A DNA stretch of 64,000 bases from Anaerohalosphaeraceae bacterium (GCA_963675525.2 CAXXSL010000016.1:32001-96000); one strand, 5' to 3'. Counted from the stretch's first letter, positions 39,006-50,127 are shown. Made by a program: numbers and translations. The notes: generated by a model not told the origin, from the sequence alone.

Positions 39006-40277
39006 ATGTTTAGAAAGTTTGTAATGAGTGTCATTGTCATTGGTTTTATGGCAGGGATGACCGGATTAGCAAAGGCCGATGAGATCGGCGATCTTCGCAA
39101 GCAGATGGAAAGCCAGTATAACGAACTGATCAAGCTCCAAAACAAACTGCTCGAAATCGAAGCGGCGCAAAAAGAGCAGGGAGTCGCCGTCAAGAAGCTG
39201 GAATCCAGCGGCAGCATGACCATTCCCGAAACATTAGCCTGGATCGAAAAGGTCAAATTGTACGGTGACTTCCGGTATCGTCATGAGCATATTGATGCTG
39301 AGGCCGATGGCGGGCATGACAACAACGGCCGTGACCGCCATCGTTATCGTGCACGGGTTGGTATCAAGGCGCAAATCAATGAGGAGTGGGCGTTCGATTT
39401 GCGATTAGCTTCCGGCTCGGATGATAAGCCGAATTCAACCAATCAAACAATGGATGATGCATGGGCACAGGACGACGTTTGGATTGACCGGGCCTATTTG
39501 ATTTACAATCCTGCGTGTATGGATGGCTGGACCTTCCAATTCGGCAAGATGGGCAATCCATTTTACAGTCCCGGTAAAAGCCAGCTTATCTGGGATGGGG
39601 ACGCCAACCCGGAGGGGATTGCATTTTCTTATACGGGCAAGCTCAATGATACCACCGGCCTGTTTGTTAACGGCGGCGGCATGTGGATGGAAGAACAGGG
39701 CTCTGATGTGGATACATCATTGTGGGGGATTCAGAGCGGCTTGAAACATGCCTTTGACAGCGGGGATAAGTTGACATGGGGAGCCGGTTACTTTAAGTAC
39801 GGCAATATTAAAGATGAAGCCGTTCTGGTTTCCGCATCCGGCAATACGATGTCCGGCAGCAATTACATGTATGATTATGAATTGGTCGAGTTGTTCGGAG
39901 AATATGGCACCAAACTCGGCGATACGCCCCTGTCTGTTTACGGTGATTATGTCGTGAATACCGCTTCATCTGTTAAAGAAGATACCGGCTGGTTAATCGG
40001 GACGAAAGTCGGCAAGGCGTCAAAACCGGGTTCGATGGATTTCGGGTATGAATACCGGGATTCTGAAAAGGATTCTGTGGTGGGGCTTTTCACCGATTCG
40101 GACTTTGTTGACGGCGGCGCCGAAGGTAAGGGCCATAAGTTTAGTTTTGGCTATGCCTTAGCGCAAAACACCAAGCTTGGCTTTACCTATTTCCTGACCG
40201 ATAGAGATGCCGGCGGCGATGACAAGCGGGACGACAAGTACCAGCGGATGCAGTTTGATATCAGCGTGAAATTCTAA
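39006..40277 (+). CDS. Putative outer-membrane porin (phosphate-regulated)
   Basis: Signal peptide and coiled coil, GDFRYRHE, RHRYRARVG, IWDGDANPEG, C-terminal QFDISVKF beta-signal; GGAGG RBS before ATG 39006. Confidence 0.8.
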   Translation: MFRKFVMSVIVIGFMAGMTGLAKADEIGDLRKQMESQYNELIKLQNKLLEIEAAQKEQGVAVKKLESSGSMTIPETLAWIEKVKLYGDFRYRHEHIDAEADGGHDNNGRDRHRYRARVGIKAQINEEWAFDLRLASGSDDKPNSTNQTMDDAWAQDDVWIDRAYLIYNPACMDGWTFQFGKMGNPFYSPGKSQLIWDGDANPEGIAFSYTGKLNDTTGLFVNGGGMWMEEQGSDVDTSLWGIQSGLKHAFDSGDKLTWGAGYFKYGNIKDEAVLVSASGNTMSGSNYMYDYELVELFGEYGTKLGDTPLSVYGDYVVNTASSVKEDTGWLIGTKVGKASKPGSMDFGYEYRDSEKDSVVGLFTDSDFVDGGAEGKGHKFSFGYALAQNTKLGFTYFLTDRDAGGDDKRDDKYQRMQFDISVKF

Positions 40278-40281
40278 TTCG

Positions 40282-40319
40282 CTAACAGAATCCTAACATT
40301 ATTCTAATGGAAGTCTGAC
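40282..40319 (+). promoter_or_regulatory. Putative Pho box upstream of pstS
   Basis: CTAAC 40282, CTAAC 40293, CTAAT 40304, CTGAC 40315 (11-bp period). Confidence 0.72.
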
Positions 40320-40358
40320 AAAAAATAAATATACTATTGTGAAATGAAAGGACAAAAT

Positions 40359-41183
40359 ATGAAATCAAGACTAAAAATTCTTGTACTACTGGCCGTTGTA
40401 ATGATGGCCTCCAATGTCATGGCCGGTGAAAAACTGCAAATCAACGGTTCCACAACCGTTGGCCCGATTGGTGATGCGTTCGCAGAGGCCTTTAAGGAGA
40501 TGCATCCGGATCTGTCAATCACCGTCAGCAAGACCGGTTCCAGTGATGGTGCCACAGGGCTGGTCGAAGGACGCTGTGATATCGCGATGATGAGCCGTTT
40601 TATGAAGGATAAAGAGTTCGCAAAAGCGGTTGAAAACGGTATCATGCCCGTGGCTCATGCGATAGCCATGGATGGTGTGTGTGTGGTGGTTCATCCGTCT
40701 AACCCGGTTAGTGCCCTGACCGGTTCGCAAATCAAAGACATCTATATGGGTAAAATCACGAACTGGAAACAGGTTGGCGGCGCGGATAAGGCTATCGTGG
40801 TCATCAGCCGTGACACCTCCAGCGGAACCTATGAGACTTTCGAAGGCCTGGTTATGAAAAAGGAAAAAATGGGTGACGGTACCGAATACGTCAACTCCAA
40901 TCCGCAGGCCCACGCCCGCGTCAAGAGTACCGAAGGCGCAATCGGTTATGTTGGTTTGGGATTTATTGACCGCAATGTCAAGGCACTGAAGGTTGACGGC
41001 GTGATGCCGGACCGTTCGACAATTGCCAAAGGGATTTATCCGGTCAGCCGTCCCTTGTTCCTGTTTACGAACGGCTATCCCAAGCTCGGTTCGATGGTCT
41101 TTCATTTTTGCACCTTCCACCTGACGGAAGAAGGCCAGGAAATCATTGAAGCCAAGGGATTTATCCCGGTAACCAACTACTAA
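40359..41183 (+). CDS. pstS: Phosphate ABC transporter substrate-binding protein
   Basis: INGSTTVGP, GSSDG, DIAMMSR, SRDTSSGTYETF, YPVSRPLF. Confidence 0.93.
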   Translation: MKSRLKILVLLAVVMMASNVMAGEKLQINGSTTVGPIGDAFAEAFKEMHPDLSITVSKTGSSDGATGLVEGRCDIAMMSRFMKDKEFAKAVENGIMPVAHAIAMDGVCVVVHPSNPVSALTGSQIKDIYMGKITNWKQVGGADKAIVVISRDTSSGTYETFEGLVMKKEKMGDGTEYVNSNPQAHARVKSTEGAIGYVGLGFIDRNVKALKVDGVMPDRSTIAKGIYPVSRPLFLFTNGYPKLGSMVFHFCTFHLTEEGQEIIEAKGFIPVTNY

Positions 41184-41234
41184 GACGACGATTTAATCGA
41201 TCGGTGGACAGGGGATAATCGCTCCTGAAAAGAC

Positions 41235-42232
41235 ATGACTCAGGTAAAAGCCAATCTTGAGAAAACTGCAGCGGCCGAGTTTACTCGGCCGCTGCGTCTT
41301 ACTGTTTCCGAAGACTGGCGCGGGTTTATTTCCGCCAGGATCGGTCATTCGCTTTTGTTTTTGACGACCTTTGTTTCGGTGGTCGCGGTTCTTTTAATTT
41401 TTGTCTTCGTGGTTCGGGAGGCGATTCCGTTTTTTTTTAAGGGCTCCATAAGTGAATCGCTGGAACGCCTTAAAACCTTTCTCTTCAGCATAAAATGGTA
41501 TCCAACCAGTGAACCACCTGTGTTCGGCGGGCTGGCGATTATCATCGGTTCCGTGTACGTAACAGTTTGTTCGCTTTTAATTGCCGTTCCGATTGGCGGA
41601 CTGGCAGCTATCTTTTTGAGTGATATTGCCCCTTTTAAAATCCGCCAGATTTGCAAGCCGATTATCGAAATTCTGGCCGCGATTCCTTCCGTGGCCTATG
41701 GCGTGTTTCGCCGTGATGGTGGTCGCACCCTGGCTGCAGAATAAGCTGGGCTTTGACAGCGGCACCAATATCCTGAATGCGTCGGTTATTTTGGCGTTTA
41801 TGGCTTTGCCGACGATTATCAGTGTGGCCGAAGATGCCCTGTCGGCGATTGGCAGGGAAATACGCGAAGCCTCTTATGCACTCGGTGCCACCCGGGCCGA
41901 AACCCTGATTAAAGTGGTTTTACCGGCAGCCCACAGCGGGATCGTAGCCGCCGTTATTCTGGGTATGATGCGGGCCATCGGCGAAACGATGGTGGTCTGG
42001 ATGGCGTCCGGCAACGCCAGTAAGATTGCCTTCCCCGTGGTGGGACTTGTCTCAATCCGTACGGACGATGACCGCCACCATTGCCGGCGAGTTGGGCGAA
42101 GTTCCCAAGAACACGGACCATTATTATGTGCTCTTTGCATTTGGTCTGCTGCTCCTGGTCGTTACATTTGGATTGAATCTGGTCAGTGAATTTTTTATGG
42201 CACGGGTTAAGAAAAACGCACGAGGACACTAA
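41235..42232 (+). CDS. pstC: Phosphate ABC transporter permease PstC (frameshifted near 41700 and 42030)
   Basis: KPIIEILAAIPSVAYG; LPTIISVAEDAL...REASYALGATR; RAIGETM; RTMTATIAGELGE, spread over three frames. Confidence 0.88.
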
Positions 42233-43869
42233 ATGCGCGTAAAAGTCCGAGAATTCTGGAATCATTCATTTACTTTTTTTTCATGCCTGTCAGTGGCACT
42301 GCTTGTGCTTGCGCTGTTGATCTTTCTGTTTCCAATGCTGGGAAAAGGTTTACCGGCGATTGTTTTTCGCGGAACGGTGGAATTTAGAAAGCTGCAGTAC
42401 GACCGCCATCACAGGGGCGATGAAGCGTCGCTGCAGAAAGAGATTGAAAAAACCGATCAGGTGCGTGCGGAAGTTTATGCCCTGCTCGATCAATTCAGCC
42501 GGGGCATTGACACAGAATCACTGGCCGATGAGGCCAAAGGCCTTTACCGTCAATATGGCGACGAACTGCGTTATCAGGAAGTTCCCAGAGACAGCAGTAC
42601 ACGGAACTGAGGGCAAAAGCTAAAGAGATTCGCAACCACCTGCTGGACGCCCTTGAAAGCACCGACAAGGAGCAGGATCAATGAGCATCTGGATGCCGTC
42701 CAGTCGCTTCAGCAGGATATTTTTTCCGGGACGGCGGTTGAAAAATTGTTTGCAATGGCCGCAGAATATGGGAAAATGATACAGACCGTCGACCTGTCGA
42801 AGCGAGCCGAATATGCCCAGGAACTGGCGGCCGTGAAGGAAGAGCTTACGATGCTGTTTGGTCCGCGTCCCGGCCAGGAACCGCCGCAACTGGCGCAGTT
42901 CCGGTATGGAGCGACGCGATGGGATGTCGCAAAAAAACACCTGGGTTTTTTGGTCTATGAGGAAAAATGGGCTCCCGCCGAAGACGGTCAATCGCTCATC
43001 AAAACAAAGGTGCGTAGAGACGACCCGAAAAACGGTTCATTTGCGGGCACGAAACTGGCACCGTTGTTTTCACTTGGTTGAAGACGATCTTGGCAGTGCC
43101 TTGAATCCGCGTCTGACATTTTACTGGCAGTACTTTTCTCGATGACAGCACGCCCGGCCATTACTTCGGCGGCGTCGGCCCGGAAGTGCTCGGAACCTTG
43201 CTGTTGACAATTCTGGCGATGTGTTTCGCCGTGCCGCTGGGCGTAATTTCCGCCGCTTATCTGGTCGAATACGCCGGCGACAACTGGATCGTCAAAATAA
43301 TTCGCATCTGTATCAATACACTGGCCGGAGTGCCAAGCATTGTCTACGGTCTTTTTGGGCTGGCGTTTTTTGTCCATTATGTCACCGGACAGCCCTGTAT
43401 TCTTATCGGCGTCCATGACGTTGGCGCTGTTGGTGTTGCCGGTGGTTATCCGGGCCAGTGAAGAGGCAATTCGTTCGGTGCCGCAGACCTATCGGGAAGC
43501 GGCGATGGGACTGGGAGCAGGCAAATTCAGGACATTCGTCACCGTCACAATGCCTGCGGCCGGACCGGGAATATTGACGGGCATTATTTTAAGCCTCAGC
43601 CGGGCGGCAGGAGAAACGGCTCCGATTCTCTTTGCCGGAGCGGTCGCATTGGGGCCGATTCCGAATTTCGCAGGGAAATGGTGGCTCCAGCCGACCCGGG
43701 CACTGTCCTACGGCTGCTATGATATTACCGTCGGCGATAAACTGGCGATGATGGTCCCCCACAACCAGTACGGCATGGTCATGACGCTGATCCTGCTGGT
43801 GCTGTGTTTGAACATAACGTGGCCATTGTCATTCGCTCCCGAATGAGCAGAAAATTGAGAGGGTATTAG
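42233..43869 (+). CDS. pstA: Phosphate ABC transporter permease PstA with a large soluble insert (multiple frameshifts)
   Basis: GVISAAYLVEYA, NTLAGVPSIVYGLFG, IRASEEAIRSVP, SRAAGETAPIL found across successive frames. Confidence 0.82.
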
Positions 43870-43871
43870 AC

Positions 43872-44799
43872 ATGCCGGCTCAATCGGATACAATAGAGAC
43901 TACTTAAGAAAAGCGAGCAGCCCAAAATGGATTCGATTCCGATCAGCAAACAATCAGAAACGCAAGGCCGGCCGGATAAAACTCGAATAGTCCGCAAAGT
44001 GCGTTTCGAGAGCATCGGAAAAGGAAATTCAGCCGGATAAAGGCGATCATCACCGCACGGGACTTCAGCTTTTTATTACGGCCAGAAGATGGGCGTTGAG
44101 ACAGATTACCATGGATATCGAGTCCGGCTCGGTGACGGCAATCATCGGGCCCAGCGGGTGTGGAAAAAGCACCTTTCTGCAGCAGCATCAATCGCATGAA
44201 CGACCTGATTCCGCAAACCCGGGCCGAAGGGCTGCTGGCGGTCGGCGGGCAGGATATTTATGACAAAAGCACCAACCTGGTGAATTTGCGCCAGCAGGTA
44301 GGCATGGTGTTTCAGCGGCCGAACCCGTTCGCCAAGACAATTTACGACAACATCACCTACGGACCGAAGACTGCAGGGTGTCCGCAACCGCGCCCGGCTG
44401 GAGGAAATCGTCGAAAAATGCCTCAAGGATGCTGCGATTATGGGACGAAGTGAAGGACGATCTGAACAAGTCGGCCCTGGCGCTGTCGGGCGGGCAGCAG
44501 CAGCGTCTGTGCATCGCCCGTTCGCTGGCGACCAAGCCGAAGGTCGTGCTGATGGACGAACCCTGTTCGGCGCTGGATCCCGCTGGCAACCGCCCGCATC
44601 GAAGATTTGATTGCGGAACTCAAAGGCAGCCTATACCATCGTGATTGTCACTCATAACATGCAGCAGGCCGCCCGCGTCAGCGACCGGACCGCCTTTTTC
44701 TGCATGGGCAAGTTGATCGAGTACGGCATGACAGATAGACTTTTTACCAATCCGCGGCAAAAAGCGACGGAAGATTATATCACAGGCCGGTTTGGATAA
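43872..44799 (+). CDS. pstB: Phosphate ABC transporter ATPase PstB (multiple frameshifts)
   Basis: [74 protein letters not shown]. Confidence 0.88.
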
Positions 44800-44820
44800 T
44801 GATGAGAGATCGGAGTTCGT

Positions 44821-45486
44821 ATGACAATACACATGAAAAACGAAATTGAAAAATTGAAAAAGAAACTGCTGGCACTGTGCGCTCAGGTCGAAGAGCAGCT
44901 TTGGCAGGCCGTCAAGTCGGTTAAAGAACGCGATTATGAGTTAGCCCGCAAGGTGATTGACCATGACAGCATTATTGACGAAGAAGAGGTCAATATCGAA
45001 GAGGATTGTCTCAAAATTCTCGCGTTGTATCAGCCGGTGGCGATCGATCTTCGGTTTATCGTAACGGCGATGAAAATTAATAGCGACCTTGAGCGTATCG
45101 GCGACCTGTCCGTTAACATCGCCGAACGAAGCGAGTTTTTATCGCATCATGACCCGGTTAATGCGCCCTTTGATTTCGAACTCATGGCGGAGAAAACACA
45201 AGTTATGCTGCGAAAAAGCATCGATGCACTGGTCAATATCGATTGCGCACTGGCTCATGAAGTGTGCGAGATGGATGATGAAGTCGACGCCATCAACAAA
45301 CAGATGTACGATCTGGTCAAACAAAGTATTTTGAAACACCCGGAAAATATCGAAGGCCTGATCCATTTGCTGTCTGTCTCGCGACATCTTGAACGCATCG
45401 GCGATCATGCGACCAATATTGCCGAAGATGTTATTTACATGGCTGAAGGACGAATCATTCGCCACAAAACCGAAGAGTATCTGTAA
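44821..45486 (+). CDS. phoU: Phosphate signalling complex protein PhoU
   Basis: ALYQPVAIDLR, DLERIGD, DDEVD, HLERIGDHATNIAEDVIY. Confidence 0.95.
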   Translation: MTIHMKNEIEKLKKKLLALCAQVEEQLWQAVKSVKERDYELARKVIDHDSIIDEEEVNIEEDCLKILALYQPVAIDLRFIVTAMKINSDLERIGDLSVNIAERSEFLSHHDPVNAPFDFELMAEKTQVMLRKSIDALVNIDCALAHEVCEMDDEVDAINKQMYDLVKQSILKHPENIEGLIHLLSVSRHLERIGDHATNIAEDVIYMAEGRIIRHKTEEYL

Positions 45487-45625
45487 ATTCTTATTGCTAT
45501 CCTGAACGACATTTCAAACTTTATGGGGAGTCTTACTTAACATCCACGACAGGATTTTTTGTAGGACTGAAGTACTCTAAGTTTAGATGTAGAAACGGCG
45601 ACCGGGATACGAAGTAGATAGGTCT

Positions 45626-45760
45626 GATCGCCAGTAAACGGATGATGGACACTTGACGAGAGGTTATAATGCCCCAATTTACAGGAGTGTCCATCATGGC
45701 AAAGTACCGAAAATACAGTAAAGAGTTCAAGTTACAGGCAGCAAAATTAGTTACAGAATT
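45626..45760 (+). mobile_element. IS3-family left-end remnant (start of transposase OrfA)
   Basis: AGGAG RBS, ATG 45696: MAKYRKYSKEFKLQAAKLVTE, then similarity is lost; upstream TG...GGACAC resembles an IS3-type terminal repeat. Confidence 0.65.
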
Positions 45761-45968
45761 TCACACAATATACATAGAGGTTAATAATAAAAATATAGGC
45801 TCCTATTGTACATTGTGTGAAATGGAATAAAGACGCTGTAACAGCCAAGAAAGGAGACCTCAAAATGGGCGTGACCATCAACAAGCGGAAACCGGACTAA
45901 AATATTGAAAGTCAGCGAAAAGCCCATCCTCGTTCGATGTTATAGAATACACAAGCATTTATGATGAC

Positions 45969-48542
45969 TTAAGGTGGATTGCCGATAACTGCTGAACTTT
46001 CCTGGATGCGTCTCAGATTTTCTCTGAGTTTCAACTGGAGATCCTCGTCTCCCTTTGACCGGGCCAGGGCCAGGGCCTTTTGGACAGTGGATATCGCTTC
46101 ATCAATTCTGCCTGCAGCAGCATAAGCAGCCGCCAGTGTATCCATCATCAATGGATCCTGATACGCCGTAAGCTCACACGCCTTTTGCGCAAGCTGAATT
46201 GCTTCCGGAGGATTTCGCAGCGACGGATCCGATGCGGTTGCCAGAGTCCAGGCGAGATTGTTGAATCCCGGCGGAAACTCCGGCTGCAACTCAATCAAAC
46301 GGCGGTAGTGAGTAATGGCCTGGGCTGGATGACCCCGGTCAGCCAGCATGATGCCCAGGTGATAGTGCGAACTGGCATCATCCGGATTGTTCTGCAGGAC
46401 ATGGCGATACTGGACAATCGCCTCATCGAATTGATCAATTTGTTTTAATGCATTCCCCAGATTAAAGAGCGCATCCGTATTGTCTGGATCAATCTGCAGG
46501 ACACGGCGATACTGGACAATCGCCTCATCCCATTGACCGGCTCTTGCGAACGCATTTCCGATATTATTGTATATCTTCACATTGTCGGGATCGATCTGCA
46601 GGGCATGGCGATAGTGCATGATCGCCTCGTTCAATAGACCGTTTTCGATAATGCTAAGCCCAGATTAATCTGCGCATTTGCATCGTCAGGATTGATCTGA
46701 AGGACACGACGATACTGGGTAATGGCCTGATCCCACTGACCGGTCTCTATGAACGCGTTTCCCAGATTATAGTACGCATCCGCATAGGCAGGGTCAATCT
46801 GAAGAACACGGCGGAAGTGATTCATCGCTTCATCCAATTGACCGATATCGAGTAAGGCATTCCCCAGATTGTTATGCGCATCCGTATAGTCAGGATTGAT
46901 CTGCAGGGCACGGTGATAGAGATTTATCGCCTCGTCCAATTGACCGATTTTCGATAACCCAAGGCCCAGATTATTGTATATCTTCACATTGTCGGGATCG
47001 ATCTGCAGGGCACGGCGATACTGGACAACCGCCTCATCAAACTGGCCATCCTTTACAAATGCTAAACCAAGATTATTGTACGCATCTGCATTGTCAGGAT
47101 CGATTTGCAGGGCGCGGCGATAATGAATGATCGCCTCTTCCAATGGACCGGTTTTCGATAATGCTAAGCCCAGATTATTGTACGCATCTGCATTGCCGGG
47201 ATCAATCTGCAGGACACGGTGAAAATGATTCATCGCCTCTTCCAATTGACCGCTATCGAATAAGGCGTTCCCCAGATTGTTATGCATAATATAATTATTC
47301 TCGGTCACCCGGATCGCACGACTACACAGGGAAATACTGTCCGTCCAGTACTGAAGCTGGTTTCGTGTGCCGGCAAACATCGCCGCCAGCAGCAGGATCG
47401 CCGTCACGACGGAAACAGACCGTAAGGCCGGTCGTTTTTGGCAAATATCGCTGACTGCCCACGCCGCTATGACACATAGTCCGATCAACGGAATGTACGT
47501 ATAACGGTCAGCGAGACACTGGACTCCGACCTGCACCAGTCCTACAACAGGTATCAGCGTACCGACATACCACAGCCAGCCGACTGCGACGTATCGCTTG
47601 CGGCGTATTAACAGTAGTGCAAATACGGTCACAGTCATCAGCACGATGCATGACAGAATGGATTGCCATCCGGGAATCTGTTTCAGCGGGTACAACACGG
47701 CCAGACGAACCGGCCAGACCATCTTGACGATATAAGCAATGTAGGAAACCGCCGCATTCGACAGCCGAGCCGCGAACGGCAGAGTTTGCATATCCCAAAC
47801 CGCTTCGCCGGCTCTTTGCGCGATAAAGGTCACGATACATGACGCCGCCGACAGAACCAAAAACGGTATCTTTTCTGCAATCCGGGCGCGAGCCGATTCC
47901 CGGTCAAGGCGATTCAGCGGCCAAAAATCCAAGAGCAGCAGCACAAGCGGCAGCGTCACGAGCATCGGTTTCGCCAGCAAACCGAGTCCGAAGGAAAGCA
48001 GGGTTGCCAGGTAAATGCCCCCGGCTGCGTGTGTGGGTATAGCGGAGATAACAGGCCATCGTCAGGAACCAGAAAAGGGCGCTTAAGACATCTTTGCGCT
48101 CGGCAATCCAGGCGACGCTTTCAACGTGAAGCGGATGAATGGCAAACACCGCGGCCACAAACGCACTGGGCCCAAGCCGGCCGGTCATGGAAACCAGGAC
48201 CCAACACAGAAGCATCACACTGGCGGTATGGATCAAAAGGTTGGTCAGATGATGAAGGCCTGCGTTCTGACCGAAAAGTTCGCAGTCGAGCATATGGCTC
48301 AGCCACGTCAGGGGATGCCAGTTCCCGGCGTGACCAACGCTCGAAAAAGCCCATTGGATACCTTCAAGGGACAGCCCTTTAAGAACATAAGGGTTCTCTG
48401 TAACATATAAATCATCGTCATAGTTAAGAAAACCACAGCCCTGCACGGGCCAGTAAGCCGCCAGCGTAACAATGGCCAGAATCAGACAGGTCAAAAATAC
48501 ACGGCTGGCCGGTAAAGATGTCAGATACGGATTTCTGTTCAT
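45969..48542 (-). CDS. Polytopic membrane protein with many TPR repeats (TMTC-like putative glycosyltransferase), split into 3 ORFs by frameshifts near 48000 and 46640
   Basis: FLNYDDDLYV, NWHPLTWLSH, HPLHVESVAWIAERKDVLS, KPMLVTLP, ADRYTYIP, repeated A.AYNNLG.AL TPR units, NNLAWTLAT...DTLAAAYA. Confidence 0.85.
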
Positions 48543-48745
48543 TTCGAATAGAGGATTGAATTCATCATTCTAATTTCACGAATACACGTCAAAACACAAT
48601 GGACTACTTAAACCATCGACAATCCTATCAAAGGCTCGTTGCCGGGTCAAGAATATTCGAAGACCAATGACTTGGACGCCAACATTTCTACCATTAGGTT
48701 CCCAAATTAGAGATGTAATTGCATACTTGTTCCTGGGTTCTTCCT

Positions 48746-48761
48746 CCGGGGGTTCGAGTCC
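48746..48761 (+). repeat. Degenerate direct repeat of the tRNA-Ser T-arm (candidate attR)
   Basis: CCGGGGGTTCGAGTCC vs tRNA CCGGGGGTTCGAATCC, 15/16 identical. Confidence 0.55.
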
Positions 48762-49404
48762 TAATGCTGAAAACTCTGGCGTAAAAGAGTTAGACGACCC
48801 AAACGATATTTTTTTAGTAGATGCTTTCGAAGGGATTTCCTGAAAACACCTCCAGGCTCAGAGAGGAAGAGCGAGAACGGCCTGATAATCCTCATAAATA
48901 TTATCTTGACAATATGCCGATTTTATACTGTTAATCCCGAGGCTTTTCCTAACAGAACAATTACTGTTGACCCGAACGCATATCTGGTAAAGAGACTTCC
49001 ATAATTTGGACGCGATAGCCCCGCCGTTCTCTTACACATATCATAACAAAATAAGACGTTTATGGGATTTGTCCCATTAATTTAAGGAATAAGGCTCATG
49101 GAAAAAATACCGCACATCCAATTTAATCTCGCAATCCTCGCATTTTTGTTTGCCGGAATGTAGCAGAAAAGTAAGAATATTGTTGAAAAAGCACCGGCAG
49201 CGGATTAAATAGCTTCTGAGGAATACACGAACTTAAGAACGCAGTAATTGCTCGAAAAATGGACCGTTTGGGTGAACTTTGAGTCTAAAATCGCCGATAA
49301 GGGCCATGTATATAGGGATACAGGTATGCAGCCATATAAGGCCAAAGGGGCAGGGCCGATAAAAATAGCGTTAAGTGTTAAATGTGAAATATAACGAGTT
49401 GGAT

Positions 49405-49439
49405 GGCTAAGGACTGAAGACTAAGGACTAAGGACTAAA
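49405..49439 (+). repeat. Heptamer tandem repeat (GACTAAG-like x5)
   Basis: GGCTAAG GACTGAA GACTAAG GACTAAG GACTAAA immediately before the clpP start. Confidence 0.85.
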
Positions 49440-49443
49440 AAAT

Positions 49444-50109
49444 ATGCATTATCCATTGATCGGTAAACATCAGGAACAAATGAACCACATGGTCGAGCCG
49501 CGGGTCCAGCAGGGGTATCAGCGGATGCGCGAGATGACGCTGGACGATATGTTGCTGGAAAATCGTATCGTCTTTATGATCGGCGAAATCAACTACCGCA
49601 TGGCCACCGAGGTCATCATGAAACTGCTGTACCTGGACAACCTCAAACGCGGCGTAGAGATCAGCCTGTATATTAACTCCCCCGGCGGCAGCGTCGATGA
49701 CACCATGGCGATTTATGACACCATGCGGTTTATCGGTTCGCCGGTAGCGACGTATTGCATCGGACGCGCTCAGTCGGGTGCGGCAATTATTCTCGCCGCA
49801 GGCTCCGAGGGCCGCCGGCACGCCCTGCCGCATGCCAAGGTCATGCTGCATCAACCCTGGGGCGGCGTAACGGGACAGGCCGAAGACATCCGTATTCAGG
49901 CCGAGGAAATCGGCAAAGCCAAGCAGACGATCATCGAACTGCTGAGCAAGCACACCGGGCTGACGCCGGAAAAAATCGCCGAGGAAACCGAACGCGATAA
50001 ATACATGACGGCCCAGCAGGCCAAAGAGTACGGTCTGATCGATGATGTGCTGCACGAACAGGAAGACAGTAACAAAGACAAAGATAAGGACAAAACAGAA
50101 AACAAATAA
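49444..50109 (+). CDS. clpP: ATP-dependent Clp protease proteolytic subunit (paralog 1)
   Basis: LYINSPGGSV, AIYDTM, GRAQSGAA, MLHQP, ERDKYM, YGLIDDV. Confidence 0.95.
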   Translation: MHYPLIGKHQEQMNHMVEPRVQQGYQRMREMTLDDMLLENRIVFMIGEINYRMATEVIMKLLYLDNLKRGVEISLYINSPGGSVDDTMAIYDTMRFIGSPVATYCIGRAQSGAAIILAAGSEGRRHALPHAKVMLHQPWGGVTGQAEDIRIQAEEIGKAKQTIIELLSKHTGLTPEKIAEETERDKYMTAQQAKEYGLIDDVLHEQEDSNKDKDKDKTENK

Positions 50110-50127
50110 CCCTAACGAGGAATCATC

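Larger units (their letters stand above)
13760..48761. mobile_element. Putative composite genomic island integrated at tRNA-Ser(TGA)
   Basis: Integrase next to the tRNA; second integrase copy at 35672; CCGGGGGTTCGAATCC (13760-13775) recurs as CCGGGGGTTCGAGTCC (48746-48761); accessory cargo and AT-rich spacers in between, with core clpP genes resuming afterwards. Confidence 0.62.

Noticed and set aside
46300..47290. ~102-bp periodic DNA repeats, considered as a possible CRISPR or other array
   Set aside because: They encode 34-aa TPR units; there is no constant repeat/unique spacer pattern and no cas genes
48770..49400. Long intergenic region with a GAGAACGGC/GCCGTTCTC inverted repeat, as a possible ncRNA or IS end
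   Set aside because: Only 9 bp; no tmRNA, RNase P, 6S or SRP hallmarks recognised
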